Of a stretch of 64,000 nt of DNA, positions 1 to 12,900 are shown one piece after another. Source of the DNA: Wickerhamiella versatilis (taxonomy: Eukaryota); NCBI GenBank assembly GCA_030867685.1, contig JAQOWU010000003.1, forward strand, positions 124,001-188,000, written 5' to 3'. The notes beneath the pieces were generated by a model, which ran no database searches, was not told the DNA's origin, and worked only from the letters and a program-made list of their open reading frames with translations. Numbering within the stretch: position 1 is the stretch's first letter; each line of letters starts with the position of its first letter. Made by a program: the position numbers and the translations under genes.

Positions 1-1
1 T

Positions 2-148
<147 letters not shown>

Positions 149-1694
149 GCGGACTATATAGCTTCTTAAGCGTAGACTATGTACTCATTCAGTGTGATTT
201 TCAACAAAGGGATTTAAGAATTTATCTGCTTGAAAGGACTTGCAACGTGCACCAGCTCAACACTGGCATAGGCCGATTTCGGCACAGATTTCAGGTTAGG
301 TCTCACAAATGAACCGCTTCCCCTCATTACATATACAAACATATGCTCCCGTTCATGTAATCTAAGAACCTCGAGGCTGAATTATTCGAGTTACGATCCC
401 AGTATACTAAGAGAAGAAATATGTTTTTATTCTATACGGCTGTAACTCTTGAATAAGTAATTGCATATTATACTTATTAATACAATCTCGATAATCAATA
501 GGCCAAAAAAGGTCTACCTAGCCATCAGACTGAAAAATAAATACATACCTAGAATTTCTACAGATATTAACTTATTGTGTCACCGAACGTTAGGCGCAAC
601 GTCGCCTTTTCAACTGGGGCCCTCTTCTGCTGCGGAGCGAACAGTCCCCTCCCTTCAAGATGTGCTGCCAGCTTCTTAAAGAATACGTTATTGACACATG
701 TCATTCAAGGAGATTTAAAAGGATTATGAAAATGTATTTGCCTATTATATCTTGAATAACGCGCTTCTTTGATATCATAAATAGAACGGGATCTGGCTCG
801 ATGCCCACCTTGTGTTAGTAATTATACCTGGCGATGTAAGCGTATTTGCCCTTGCACATTTACTCTTGAGTCTTCTCTATCGATCTGAACTTCCAATATT
901 TTCGTCCATGGTGAGGTATCTTTTCTCCCCTCGAGACTTCATAGGGCTCAGCAAAGTGTGGGGCAAGAAAGTTCTAGAACTTACTCTTTTGAGAAAATCG
1001 GATATTTAATATTTTGGTAGTAAGCACGGAAGTACCGGCGATGGGCACCCCAAACCATCTTTGGGAGAAGGGTAAGGGTGTCGTGCTTGACAAGTGAGTG
1101 GGCTATGTATACGTGGGGAAAAGGAAAGGAGATCGGCATACGTGGTAATTTTGAAAACGGGTCCTGAGTTATTTCCGTAATTTTTTGTACCGGAACATCA
1201 GAAACAAGGAATTTTTCAGGTGAAAATCGATATGTAGGATCATGGCAGCTATTTCAGAGTGGCACTACTGGACCAAGACATATTCGATTTCAAAAAAGTC
1301 GTTTTGCCCGTTGTTTCCGGGAGGCCTACTCAGTTTGCCTTCAAACTACATCAAGTCACTGATCTTAGATCTTGCATCTGTGATCGATCTTCTAGTTAGT
1401 AACGCAATTTTTTTTCCTTACCGAATGCGACAGCAATGCGATTACTAACAAGTAACGCACATAACTGGTGGAGATTTCGGGTATTCAAAGGCTTGCCAAC
1501 GAAGACTAGGATCAGAAACACATTGAATATTTGGTAATAAATGTTTCATACTAGTCAATGCCACCCAGAAAAGAAGTTCAAAGACCTTGAAATGGCCATG
1601 TCTAGAAAAGTATATTTTGATTGTTGTTACCAATAGATTACACATCGAGGCTCTGCAAGCTATATATTACCGCAATCTACCCAATCAAAGACAT

Positions 1695-3410
1695 ATGCTG
1701 TTTTCCGTCCTTGTCGGCTGTTTAGCGACGGCGTCGGCCTTTGTACATCACCTGAACTGGAGCATAGATTGGACTATAGCCAATCCCGATGGTAAAAAAC
1801 CGCGTCCCGTTGTCGGCATCAATGGTCAGTGGCCCTTTCCTGTCCTACATGTCTCGAAAGGTGATAGGATAGAGGCGTACGTGTATAACAACTTGACTGA
1901 ACCTTATCGGAACTCTACTATTCATTTCCATGGTATTTCTCAGAACGGTACCAATGATATGGACGGTGCGCCTTTCGTGACACAAGCACCGATTGCTCCT
2001 GGATCCTGGTTTCTGTACAACTTTACTATTAATCAGGCCGGGACTTATTGGTACCACACACATGTGAACGAGCTCTATCCTAATGGTTACCGCCAGCTAT
2101 TACTGGTGCACGACGACGATGCCTGGTTCGAGGACCAGGTCGATAGGGAAGTGTCTTTCACGTTGAGTGACTGGTATCATGAACTTACGGAGACTTTGGA
2201 TAAAACAAAGTTCATGGTTCCGTCATCTGGGGGCTCGGAACCCGTTCCTGACAGCAACTTATTCAACGATACCATTGAGCCTGCCTGGGAGGTGGGTCCA
2301 AACGAGACAGTCCGTATTCGGCTAGGGAATATTGGGGCATTGACCTCCTACATCTTTTACATCGAGGGTGAGGAGTTCGATGTTGTTGAAGTTGATGGTG
2401 TCTATACTGAGCCAGCTCGCGCAAAATCAATATACGTCTCGACAGCTCAGCGATATTCCTTGCTATTTAACACCTCTTCAGATCCCTCTAAGGTTTACAG
2501 GATGGTACAGGTTGTAGACACAGCTCTTTACGATGATCCACCGCCCACTGTGAATCTCAACGGTACTGGATATCTGTGGCAGGGTAACCCTGCGGCGGTG
2601 AATTTTAGCTCTATAACCCAAAAAGACATTTACCAAAGTAGTGGCATTGTCCAGAAAAACAGCACTAACGCCACTGCACTTTCAAGTGATGATATGGAAT
2701 ACTTTGACGACATCGAGTTAGTTCCCTGGGATCGTCAGCCTCTATTACCAGAACCTGACCATGAGGTTCAAATTATGGTCAAGGCCGGAGACCTTGACAA
2801 TGGTATCAATTATTACTTTTTAAATAACATCACTATGACTCACGCCAAGGTTCCGACGTTGTTCTCCGTTCTTACGGCTCCAGATGACAGCACCGCACAG
2901 AACGCCAGCATTTATGGTCACGACACACACCCTATTGTTCTTAACCATAATGAAGTGGTCCAATTTGTTGTCAACAATAATGATGACGATCCTCATCCCT
3001 TCCATTTACATGGGCACCAATTCCAGTGCGTCGAACGAGGTCCTGAACAAGAGGAATTCACACCTTACGATGCTAACAGTGGTAATAAGCTGCCTGTTTC
3101 CCCTATGCGCCGCGATACGTTTGTTGTCAAGGGGTACTCATACATCGTAATTCGGTTCCGTGCTGACAATCCAGGCGTGTGGCTTTTCCACTGCCATGTG
3201 GATTGGCACCTAGCGCAAGGTATGGCCTTGGAAGTTATTGAAGCCCCACTACAACTACGCCAAAATAAGAAAGTTCATCCCATACCTGAGTTCAATATTG
3301 CTGCCGAGAAGGCCTCTAACGTTAGCCTCTCAGGTAATGCGGCTGGAAAGAATGGCACTGATCTAAGCGGTCAGAACGCGCAACCAGCTGGAACGCCAAT
3401 CTCAAGCTGA
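1695..3410 (+). CDS. Fet3-like multicopper oxidase/ferroxidase, signal peptide, no C-terminal TM anchor
   Basis: ATG 1695 (MLFSVLVGCLATASA, signal-like); four Cu motifs IHFHG, WYHTH, HPFHLHGH, HCHVDWHLAQGM; Fet3-like NPDG..RPVVGINGQWP, SEPVPD and GNAAG..DLSGQN segments. Confidence 0.92.
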   Translation: MLFSVLVGCLATASAFVHHLNWSIDWTIANPDGKKPRPVVGINGQWPFPVLHVSKGDRIEAYVYNNLTEPYRNSTIHFHGISQNGTNDMDGAPFVTQAPIAPGSWFLYNFTINQAGTYWYHTHVNELYPNGYRQLLLVHDDDAWFEDQVDREVSFTLSDWYHELTETLDKTKFMVPSSGGSEPVPDSNLFNDTIEPAWEVGPNETVRIRLGNIGALTSYIFYIEGEEFDVVEVDGVYTEPARAKSIYVSTAQRYSLLFNTSSDPSKVYRMVQVVDTALYDDPPPTVNLNGTGYLWQGNPAAVNFSSITQKDIYQSSGIVQKNSTNATALSSDDMEYFDDIELVPWDRQPLLPEPDHEVQIMVKAGDLDNGINYYFLNNITMTHAKVPTLFSVLTAPDDSTAQNASIYGHDTHPIVLNHNEVVQFVVNNNDDDPHPFHLHGHQFQCVERGPEQEEFTPYDANSGNKLPVSPMRRDTFVVKGYSYIVIRFRADNPGVWLFHCHVDWHLAQGMALEVIEAPLQLRQNKKVHPIPEFNIAAEKASNVSLSGNAAGKNGTDLSGQNAQPAGTPISS

Positions 3411-3722
3411 GTTCTCACTTAAAGTTTTAGATACCTTCTTTGTAAAACCGTTTAAGATAAGTTAAGCTTTTTAATGTAGATTTTATATGATCTCAACCGT
3501 GAAGTTATGTTATGAGGGAGCAACGACGGTATATGTGGTCCCTACACAACTTAGGTCAGCTCCCAGCTTCAAGCGTTTAAGCTGAGGTGTGATCGGATAA
3601 ACCGTTGGAAAAGATCCACAGGATCAAAAAAATATTTCATTTATGGGCGTATCAGAGCTCAGTGGAGAAATAGACAACAATTCAATTGAATTTATCTAGG
3701 ACACAAGCCTAGGATTAACCTA

Positions 3723-4727
3723 TTACATTGTATGACGCTCTAAGATGTGTCCCATACGCTTCACTTTCGTTTCTAAGTACCTTTGCACTTCCTCAGAATC
3801 GAAACCACCTCGGCTTTGCCAAAATAGCGGAATCATCGGAATGCGGGAAGTTACCTGGACAAGCTTTTGTTCACCTTCAATCTTAACCACTTTGTCTGGG
3901 TTATTTGTTAGCAAGCGTATCCTTTTAACTTGAAGATCCAAAAGAATCGCGGTAGCAATATCATAGGATCGGCTGTCGGCAGGATGCTGCAACATTAGGT
4001 TGGCCTGAACCGTGTCGGCACCAAGGTCCTGAAGGTTATAGGCCTTGAGTTTTTCACTGAGTCCTATTCCTCGACCCTCCTGGCGTAAATAAACTATCAC
4101 TCCTGTACCGTCAGCAGCCATAAGGCGTGCAGCCTCATCAAGTTGTTCTCCGCAGTCACAACGTGCAGACCACGCTGTTTCACCTGTAAAACACTCTGAG
4201 TGAATACGACATAAGATACCATCATCTCTTATATTGGGGGTTTGTGTAAAGGTTCCACTATGAGATCTCCCGGGTACCAATTTTTCAGTGTATGCTCCTC
4301 TGGTCATCCGTTCGTGCTCTGTTTCATTTTCACGTGAGGCGAAGAGAGTGCGAGAATGTAGATGGTCACCAAAAACAATAGCTAAATGCTCCTTGCTGTC
4401 CAAGTTGTTTTTGTATAAGTGAAGGTACACCTCGGCTTGGGTGGTTGTTGGGATGCGGGCTCGCGACTCGCACCATACTTGAAGGGCCCTGGGCTCTGTC
4501 ATATTAAATTTAGCTACCTGTTGCCCGGTTGCCCCTAAGGCTTCAGGACAATGTGTGTCAATTCGTGGTGCCGCATCATTCATGCTTACGGGAGGGCTAT
4601 CCAGTGGGGCCCTTTGCAGTTGTGCTTTCGCCATAGGCTCAAGATGGGGCAGGGAGGAAAATTGATCGAAATCCTTAAGACTCAAAGGATACGGTTTTTT
4701 ATCCAGAATGGGTATGTGATTCGACAT
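3723..4727 (-). CDS. RIB1: GTP cyclohydrolase II (fungal type)
   Basis: [23 protein letters not shown] zinc motif, [34 protein letters not shown]; fungal RARIPT...HLAIVFG N-terminal segment. Confidence 0.96.
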   Translation of the reverse strand: MSNHIPILDKKPYPLSLKDFDQFSSLPHLEPMAKAQLQRAPLDSPPVSMNDAAPRIDTHCPEALGATGQQVAKFNMTEPRALQVWCESRARIPTTTQAEVYLHLYKNNLDSKEHLAIVFGDHLHSRTLFASRENETEHERMTRGAYTEKLVPGRSHSGTFTQTPNIRDDGILCRIHSECFTGETAWSARCDCGEQLDEAARLMAADGTGVIVYLRQEGRGIGLSEKLKAYNLQDLGADTVQANLMLQHPADSRSYDIATAILLDLQVKRIRLLTNNPDKVVKIEGEQKLVQVTSRIPMIPLFWQSRGGFDSEEVQRYLETKVKRMGHILERHTM

Positions 4728-5239
4728 GGTTTTGATCGACTAAACTAGGAGGACGCTCTAATGGTATATAAAGGCTAGTATATCGTGGGCAAGGGTAAAC
4801 ACGGACCATCGTAGCTACGCCTTTTGATATTCGCCCGGAAGGGAAAAAAAATAAAACACAAGGCCTCCTTTATCTTATAAAGTCAACTGCTTTAATCCAA
4901 CGAGATAGACAAGGCGGATGTTAGGATGTTCTACGATGAGGGTTAGGTGTGCAGTGCATCAAATTCAGCCATTATGCCATATGTCATACTGGATGTATGA
5001 GATTGATTCAGATTTGCAAGCTTAGGGTTATATGCAAGGGTAAATCGAGGTGCAGATACGGCCAATTCCGATATTTTATTCTTTGAGGCTAGGTAATTTG
5101 AGTGGTAAGACACGCTTGTACCACAGGAATGATTTAGCTAGCCGTTTGTGCACATAGCCATTGCGGGATACATGAGAATATAATTCGTATCATAAACTAC
5201 TAAAGATTTACCGTAAACAGCAAAAAAAAAGACTGCCAA

Positions 5240-5992
5240 CTATATATCTTTACTCCTAAGGTAGCTGGCGAGGGCATCGATTGTGATAGCCTTGATACCG
5301 TAAGTGCTAGCGAATTCAAGACAATCATCACGGCGAGCCATAAGACCGTCTCTTGGCCTGATAATCTCACAAATGACGCCAACCGGTGTTTTTCCAGTGA
5401 GTTTGCACAAGTCTACAGCAGCCTCGGTGTGCCCACGTCTTTCAAGAACCCCTCCATCACGAGCTCTTAAGGGTAGCATGTGACCTGGACGGTTAAAAGA
5501 CTCTTTTGTACTATTTGGATTTGCCAGCTGACGTGCCGTTAGTGCTCTGTCGTGTGCACTGATTCCAGTTGTAGTACCTTCCCAGGCATCACAGGTGACA
5601 GTATACGCGGTGCCATGACGATCCTCCAAATTTTCCACCATCAACGGTAGATTCAAACGATTTGCGATACTATTAGTAGTGGGACAGCAAACGTATCCTG
5701 ATGAGTGGTTAACAAGGAACGCCATTTTCATTGTAGTGATGTCCTCCGCGGCCATAATGAGATCCCCCTCGTTTTCTCGTCCTTCATCGTCCATAACTAA
5801 AAGAAACTCTCCAGCTGAAAATGCAGCCAGGGCTTCTGGAATTTCGCTGAATAGTGGCTTTATACTACCTAGTTTCGCACTCGTACTTTGTACCGCGGAG
5901 CTAGGTTGATAACGTAGTGCAATGGTATCCAACTGAGGTTCCGATAACTGTGTGACGTTTCGGGTAGTATTCTCACTCAATATTGTAGACAT
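5240..5992 (-). CDS. RIB3: 3,4-dihydroxy-2-butanone-4-phosphate synthase
   Basis: VMDDEGRENEGDL, TTTGISAHDRALT, RPGHMLPLRA, RRGHTEAAVDL, GVICEI motifs. Confidence 0.96.
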   Translation of the reverse strand: MSTILSENTTRNVTQLSEPQLDTIALRYQPSSAVQSTSAKLGSIKPLFSEIPEALAAFSAGEFLLVMDDEGRENEGDLIMAAEDITTMKMAFLVNHSSGYVCCPTTNSIANRLNLPLMVENLEDRHGTAYTVTCDAWEGTTTGISAHDRALTARQLANPNSTKESFNRPGHMLPLRARDGGVLERRGHTEAAVDLCKLTGKTPVGVICEIIRPRDGLMARRDDCLEFASTYGIKAITIDALASYLRSKDI

Positions 5993-6611
5993 TTTCGTGA
6001 TGTTAAGAAATTGGTTGGACGATTTTCGGCGGTTTTTATTTATGCATTACTTTGTCATATATTGCTAATAATGCATATGGGGAAGGAGGCGCACATCTGT
6101 CGGCATAGTCGGATTTTCAGCTGAACGCGTCATCATCAGTATGATTTAGATCGACACAAAGCCCAAACACTTGAATATATCCACTAATGAGCTATTTATT
6201 TGTAGGAAGACGGAGCTAGTTACTCGGAATAAGCAGGAAATATTTTTTGTGGTAATCGTTATTCGGTAGCGAATGAAAATACTACTTAGATTGCGGTGTC
6301 TGAGCCATATTACCTCGTTTACTGTTAAAAAAGTTTTGTAAGGTTTTTTGAAAGTTGTAAGTCCGTTCACTAGAAATTTGTAGGGGGCACCAAGAGTTGC
6401 CGTAAATACGTTCAGACAAAATGGAAGACTACTTATTCTGCTACTATGCTGCTGTTAATCCTCACCAAGAAGGCCTTACTAGCAGAATTGACTACTTGCA
6501 TTATAAGTGATCGATCGCCTAATTTTAGAGATATGATCAGTCAGATAAACATTATAAGGGCCGGCTTGATTTCTTCAGTGAAATCATTAGTCCCAGGGTT
6601 ATTGGCTGAAC

Positions 6612-8720
6612 CTACATAGTAAATGACTCGTCAAAGAATTGAACATAATTTTTTGTGTGCGGTATTCCACCAGCCACTGCTCTACGCACATCATCTGATA
6701 GACCACCTGGTCCGCATACAAAGAATGCTATTGATCCTTGGGAATTCCGGATATGTTCATCCACAATATCACTCATTCTTGGTCTTTCAAACTTCTTTTC
6801 ATAGGTGAGATCTTTCCCTGCCCGTGAATATTCATTATACACGGGTTGTTCATCGAACTTTTCTTCATACACCTGCTGTTGATCAGAAAAAGATGATTCA
6901 TCACTTGAATCCATTTGATCTGTAATATATGTTTTTACAATTATATTTGGATGTTCGATGGCAAACAACTTAAGCTGTTTTGCAAACCATTTCAATGGAT
7001 TTCCATCTCGGATGACCCAGTGTAAGTGCAGGACCTGATCCCGTTCTTGCTTTGCGATATGACTGGCATAGGTTTGGCAAGCGGTTATGCCAATACCTCC
7101 GGCAATTAGTACAACCTCACGGTAGGGTCTTGAGTCAAATTCAATTCCATAGGGCCCATCAATCCACACGTACCAGTTATACTTCTGATGCCCACTTATA
7201 ACTTTGGTAAGTCCATTCCGCGTCTGAGCAAAAATTTTTAGTGTCTTCGAATCTTTCTCTTCTTCGGGTGGCTCCATAACTGTAAAAGGATGGCTCTGCC
7301 AAAAATAAAGTGGGCAAACGAAATGAACAAAGACATGCTGGCCAGGTCTTGGCTTCCATAGCCCCGAGTATTTTATTGTAAGTTCAGTTACACCGTCGTG
7401 AGATGTAATGTCTGCTCGTGACAATGGACCAGAGAGAATTATGCGAGCTATTCTGGCAGCTCCATCAAATGCCCACAATGCTACGACGGCGTAAATGAGC
7501 TTTTGACCTTCCCCTACCCATTTCAAATGGTACCAAGTAGCTACTACCATTCCAACTGCAAGCAGGACATGGATCACAACAAATGCCTCGTAGGACTTTT
7601 CACGAAGAAACTTGACAGCTTGAATCAACATGCATCCCATAAAAACAAGTGACAATACACCTGGGGCCCAGTACTTGTAAGCCGGCTCACTCCAAACAGC
7701 ACTTAGACTCGTCATATAAACATTCTTAACCATGATACTGTAGGCAATCGCGTGAACGATAATCAGAAGAACTACCAACCTGGCAAGATTTCTGTGGAAA
7801 TGGTTCCATATTTCGAAAGACCAACCAGTTAGGTAGATCAGTACATTATTGCGCCCTGCAGTCACGAATACTATAGGGAGAAGATATATGGCCAAGTACC
7901 CTGAACGGAGACCTATAGCAGAGGTAACCAGCTGGGATTGTGAATAACTACCATAAGGGCTTAACTGGACATGATAATCCACAGATAGGAATATCAAGAC
8001 TATGGCCCAGTAGCCAAAAATTACTAGTGTAATCATGCGGCGGGGCAGGACCCAACGGACAAAAGGTACCGGATTCGCGGCACGACCGTTGAATAATGCA
8101 GGAATACCTACATATTCTCTGAAAATTCTCACACCACGGCTGTTGAACAGCAGCATGGAAACCGAGGGAACTAGCCACGCGAACCAATACAAACACATTT
8201 GCAGAAGGACAACTCCAAAAAAGTATCCCAAGGTAGCCATGGAATAATAATAGCTAGCAAATGTCGTGCGATGGTACGCAATTCCCGCTTTGATGACGTT
8301 TCCTTCGTCCATCATCTCCAGCGGAATACTAAAAGGCTCGGGCTTGGCTGTGCTATTCGCCTCTGTGTAATTCGTAGTAATAGGATTGTGATGAGCATTT
8401 TCCCTGTACGTTTTATAATTAGGAATATCTGAAATGCCGAAACTACCACAGTACGCCATTAGTTGACTCCAACTCTCTCTAACGGCTCCTTCACCGACGC
8501 CACTGGAATTACTTGCTGTTTCAATGCAGTTATAAACAGTTTCGAGCCACCAATCAGTTCCACAGTAGCATTCATAAGGCGTACTTTCCCCCTTCATAGG
8601 ACATACGCCTTGAACAGCTGCGTTTGCTCCAATCATTTTAGTGCAGAGCGAAAAATAGTAGTCCGGAACATACGCTGCAGCAAACGTTACTACAGCTGTC
8701 AGTGTGTATATCACCTTCAT
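6612..8720 (-). CDS. FRE-family ferric/cupric reductase
   Basis: Likely ATG 8720 (MKVIYTLTAVVTFAAA signal); Cys-rich N-terminal domain; heme His pairs (FHRNLARLVVLLIIVH, IHVLLAVGMVVATWYH); HPFT, DGPYG, AGGIGIT, CGPGGL, FFDESF motifs. Confidence 0.94.
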   Translation of the reverse strand: MKVIYTLTAVVTFAAAYVPDYYFSLCTKMIGANAAVQGVCPMKGESTPYECYCGTDWWLETVYNCIETASNSSGVGEGAVRESWSQLMAYCGSFGISDIPNYKTYRENAHHNPITTNYTEANSTAKPEPFSIPLEMMDEGNVIKAGIAYHRTTFASYYYSMATLGYFFGVVLLQMCLYWFAWLVPSVSMLLFNSRGVRIFREYVGIPALFNGRAANPVPFVRWVLPRRMITLVIFGYWAIVLIFLSVDYHVQLSPYGSYSQSQLVTSAIGLRSGYLAIYLLPIVFVTAGRNNVLIYLTGWSFEIWNHFHRNLARLVVLLIIVHAIAYSIMVKNVYMTSLSAVWSEPAYKYWAPGVLSLVFMGCMLIQAVKFLREKSYEAFVVIHVLLAVGMVVATWYHLKWVGEGQKLIYAVVALWAFDGAARIARIILSGPLSRADITSHDGVTELTIKYSGLWKPRPGQHVFVHFVCPLYFWQSHPFTVMEPPEEEKDSKTLKIFAQTRNGLTKVISGHQKYNWYVWIDGPYGIEFDSRPYREVVLIAGGIGITACQTYASHIAKQERDQVLHLHWVIRDGNPLKWFAKQLKLFAIEHPNIIVKTYITDQMDSSDESSFSDQQQVYEEKFDEQPVYNEYSRAGKDLTYEKKFERPRMSDIVDEHIRNSQGSIAFFVCGPGGLSDDVRRAVAGGIPHTKNYVQFFDESFTM

Positions 8721-9949
8721 ACTATCCTGTGTAACAGTATTATTGATGTTACTCCTAGGAGTGTAGTGATCTCTTAAATATGCTGGGTTTGGGCCCTGAT
8801 GATGCGTGGGTAAAGGTAGGCGCAGACGAACGCCGAAAATCAAAGAGAATCTCCATAAGCACTTCCCTTGCTTCTAGGATTGAAAATAATATTTTCAAAT
8901 AAAATACACCTGGAAAACAAAAATGCCTAGGATGATAAAGTCTAGATGGTTGCCACCCCAAAGAAACGCATAAAAGCCAACAATTTCTGGGAATATCCAT
9001 TTATATTTTCAATAGAGATCCGTTCCGTATCATACAGAGCAGCGACGGTCTCTCATCTTGTCTACTTTATTATTATTTTGATGGTGACTAGGCGCATGAT
9101 GATGTATGACAAAGATGGGTACGTCTCGTGATCAGATCAGATCGCGATCTCCGATATCGGCCTTAATCCAAAGATCACAAAAAACTATATACGTAAATAT
9201 TTCAGATGCCAGAGATAGTTTGGTGAGCCACGGAAAGCAGGTAAAAGTTGGATCACACTTATAGCAGCTTCGAGCGTCGATAGCTGGTATATAGCTCTGC
9301 GGTAGATGACAGAATGCGATCGAGGTGAAAACACTATCTTCGTCATTTCGAATAAAATATTTTTAATATTATGAAGACACACATTAAAGAACTATGGCTA
9401 GAGTTATTTGCGAATTCCGGACATTGATTAATTATGTATGCATGTATAAGGGGGACGCAGGGTGAATGTAGTGCACTAGGGTACGGGTGAACAAAGTGTA
9501 GATCTCTCGAAATACCCTAGGGTGACCCATGAAATATGAGTTATGGCTAAGATATTTATGCTAGTGGTTAAGAATTAGGCGTAGGCGATATATAAATAGG
9601 GTAGAAAAGAGAAGAAAATAATCTAGATCTTTATGTTATATGGTAGAATCATAGCAATAATGTATAATAAATAATGGACGTCGAAACCCGTACTATTGAC
9701 GCAGCAGTCGTTACAAACTGAAGTATTGTTTTGTTTTCTATCTCTCTCTTGCCAGTCACCAGAGCACTCGGAATACACTTAGTACTCAGAAGAGGGCCGC
9801 CCACTCTAATTAATAATACCGATCGACTGCATACTATGTTGGAAAAAGCGAGGCTAAGTGGTAAATCCCCCAAAGTTAAGGAATTTATCAAAAAAATGAA
9901 TAGATCCCTTTGCCGTTCTCGTTCATCATCTATTAACCTTTGGGACGGC

Positions 9950-12900
9950 ATGAATCTCGATGATGAGAAATCGAGAAGGGAAGTTGAAACATTTTCCGCC
10001 AAAGATGAGGAAAAACTTCAGGATCAGATCCTGGAGCAGGACAAAACTACCAGCTTCTTCGATCTTTTCAGATTTGCATCTGCAACGGATATTATTTTGG
10101 TGGCTGCTGGTGTTTTTTTTGCTGCTGTGCACGGTGTTGCACTTCCAATGTTCACGCTAGTTATGGGAGGTTTGGTGAACATATTCAGAGATTTCTTCAA
10201 CAATGAAGAAGGTAGTAGCTCATTTCGTGATCAAACTGGCCATCTATCTTTGTACTTTGTATATATAGGAGTTGGCACACTACTTGCTACATGCTTGGAG
10301 ACAACTCTGTTAGTCCACAGGGGCGAGATTGTGGCAAACAAATATCGAAAAAACTTCTTACAAGCAGTTGTACATCAGAATATTGCTTATTTTGAGAAGA
10401 TAGGCAGTGGCGAAATATCCACGAGAATAATCAACGATACTATGGCGATACAGGAAGCGATTTCAGAAAAATTAGGCCATGTAGTCATGGGAATATCTTC
10501 GTTTGTCACATCTGTTGTTATTGGACTTGTGATGCAGTGGAAATTATCGTTAATCTTGTTCTGCGCCGTTGGGTACAATTTACTTGTTATGGGCGGATGT
10601 GCTGGCATACTAGTGAGGTACTATTTGCGTTCGGATGAGATTTACTCAAAGGGATCTAGCGTGGCTGAGGAAGCTTTGGGCAGTATGCGTACAGTGGTTG
10701 CTTTTGGTGGCCAAAAAAAAATCATAAGGAAATTTGACCAAGTTCTCAAAAACGTACTGTCGACATCAAACAAGGCCAGTCTCGTATTTTCTCTTATGCT
10801 GGCATTTGTATGGGCTGGACTGTTTTGGGTTTATGCCCTTGGATTTTGGGAGGCGTCAAGAATCATAGCATGGGGGGAGACTGATGTGGGGCGCGCAGTT
10901 TCAGCAACTTTGGCAATGTTAATTGGATCAATACAATTAGGTGAGATAAGTCCTAATATGAGGTATATCGTCAAGGGTATTACAGCATGCAAGAAGATCA
11001 ATGAAACAATTGACCGCATCCCTGTCATTAACTCTGGATCAGCTGAAGGAATAGTCCCCCAAAAATGTTTGGGACGAGTATCGTTGTCAAATATACACTT
11101 TAAATATCCTTGTAGGCCCGATATTAAAGTACTGAACGATATATCGTTCGTTGCTGAAGCCGGCAAAACCGTGGCGCTGGTAGGGTCTTCTGGCTCAGGC
11201 AAGTCTACTATAATAGGGCTGATTGAAAGATTTTATTTACCCCTTAATGGATCTATTAAGATTGATGGGGTTGATATCGAGAGATTAAATGTTTGTTGGC
11301 TGCGCCGCCAAATCGGTTATGTTCAACAAGAGCCAGTACTCTTCAACGACAGCATTCTTGAAAACGTTTGCGTTGGTCTCATAGGATCGGAATATGAATT
11401 CAGCACTGAGGAGATTAAGCTGAAAAAAGTAATCCAAGCATGCAAAGAATCTAACGCTCATGATTTTATCATGGAACTTACAGACGGATACCGGACAACC
11501 GTTGGTAACCGGGGAGTAATACTATCCGGAGGACAGAAGCAAAGGATTGCTATTGCACGTGCGATAGTCTCGAATCCTCCAATACTTCTTTTGGACGAGG
11601 CTACGTCTGCACTGGATACGAAGTCTGAAGAAGTTGTGCAAAAAGCTCTTGATTGCGTTTCCATATCTAGAACCACAATAGTTATTGCCCACCGGCTCTC
11701 AACAATAAAAAATTCGGACAGCATAATTGTTATGTCTCAAGGGCGCATTATTGAGCAAGGAACGCATGAAGATCTAATTAATTTGAATGGGGTCTATGCG
11801 AGTCATGTTGCTGCACAACAGGTACCTTCAGCTGCCATGGAGTCTGAGAGATCTGCAGAGTTTTTTAGCGACCACTACGACAATGAAAAGAGTCAACTTC
11901 CCTTGGAAAAGACCTCTGAAACACAACTATATATGCTTGACAATTTCAATTTGAAAAAAACTAGTTTATTGGGAGATAAGGATTCTTCGACTACTACGCC
12001 ATCTAGTAGTGTGAGAGTTCTTCATTACATGAAGATGCTCTGGAACAAAAACAGGAGTGAGCATTGCTACCTGATTTTGGGTGCAGTTTTTGCTGTACTT
12101 CTTGGGTACTGCTATCCTGCCATGGGAATAGTAAGTGCACGAATTATCGGAGATATGATGGTGCCCTCTAGCAAGTACAAGATGATGCGCAGTCAAGTAG
12201 ATATTCTGGGATGGTGGTTGTTTTTTGTGGGTGTAATGTCATGGATCTTTGCATTCGTCACCATATTTTGTATGTCATTTGCGAATAATCGACTTGTACG
12301 GCAGATAAGGCTTCAACTTTTTGCCAAGCTCATGCGAATGGACATTAGAGTTTTTGAAGATACCTCTGGCGGCCCTGGAACTTTTGTCTCTATGCTAGCA
12401 AAGGATGCAAAGGCAATCGAAGGGCTTGGTGGAGCAACTTTAGGGCAGATATTACAGAGTCTTTCAACTCTAGTAGGAGGTATAGCGACAGGTATTGCTT
12501 TCAGTTGGAGAATTGGTCTTGTGGCGATATCCATAGTCCCCGTACTTCTTCTATGTGGTTTCTTGCGTGTTTGGGTTCTAAAACGTATCAGTAGCCGTAG
12601 TTGCAATGTCCACGAGATCTCGGGTGCCATGGCGGCCCAATACACGACTTCAATCACTACAGTACAGTCGCTAACATACGAAGAAGGAGTGGTAGAGAAA
12701 TACTGTGATATTATCAGTGGTAATCTTACCTTAAACGAAGTATTGCGCTCTGCTATTTTGTATGCTGTCTCGCAAGGACTAACCCCGTGGACTGTTGCAT
12801 TAGTGTTCTGGTGGGGGTCTGACCAAATGAGCCGTGGACATGTAGAGGTATTCTCTTTTTTCGTCTCATTCACTTGCATTGTTCTCGGTTCAGAAATGGC

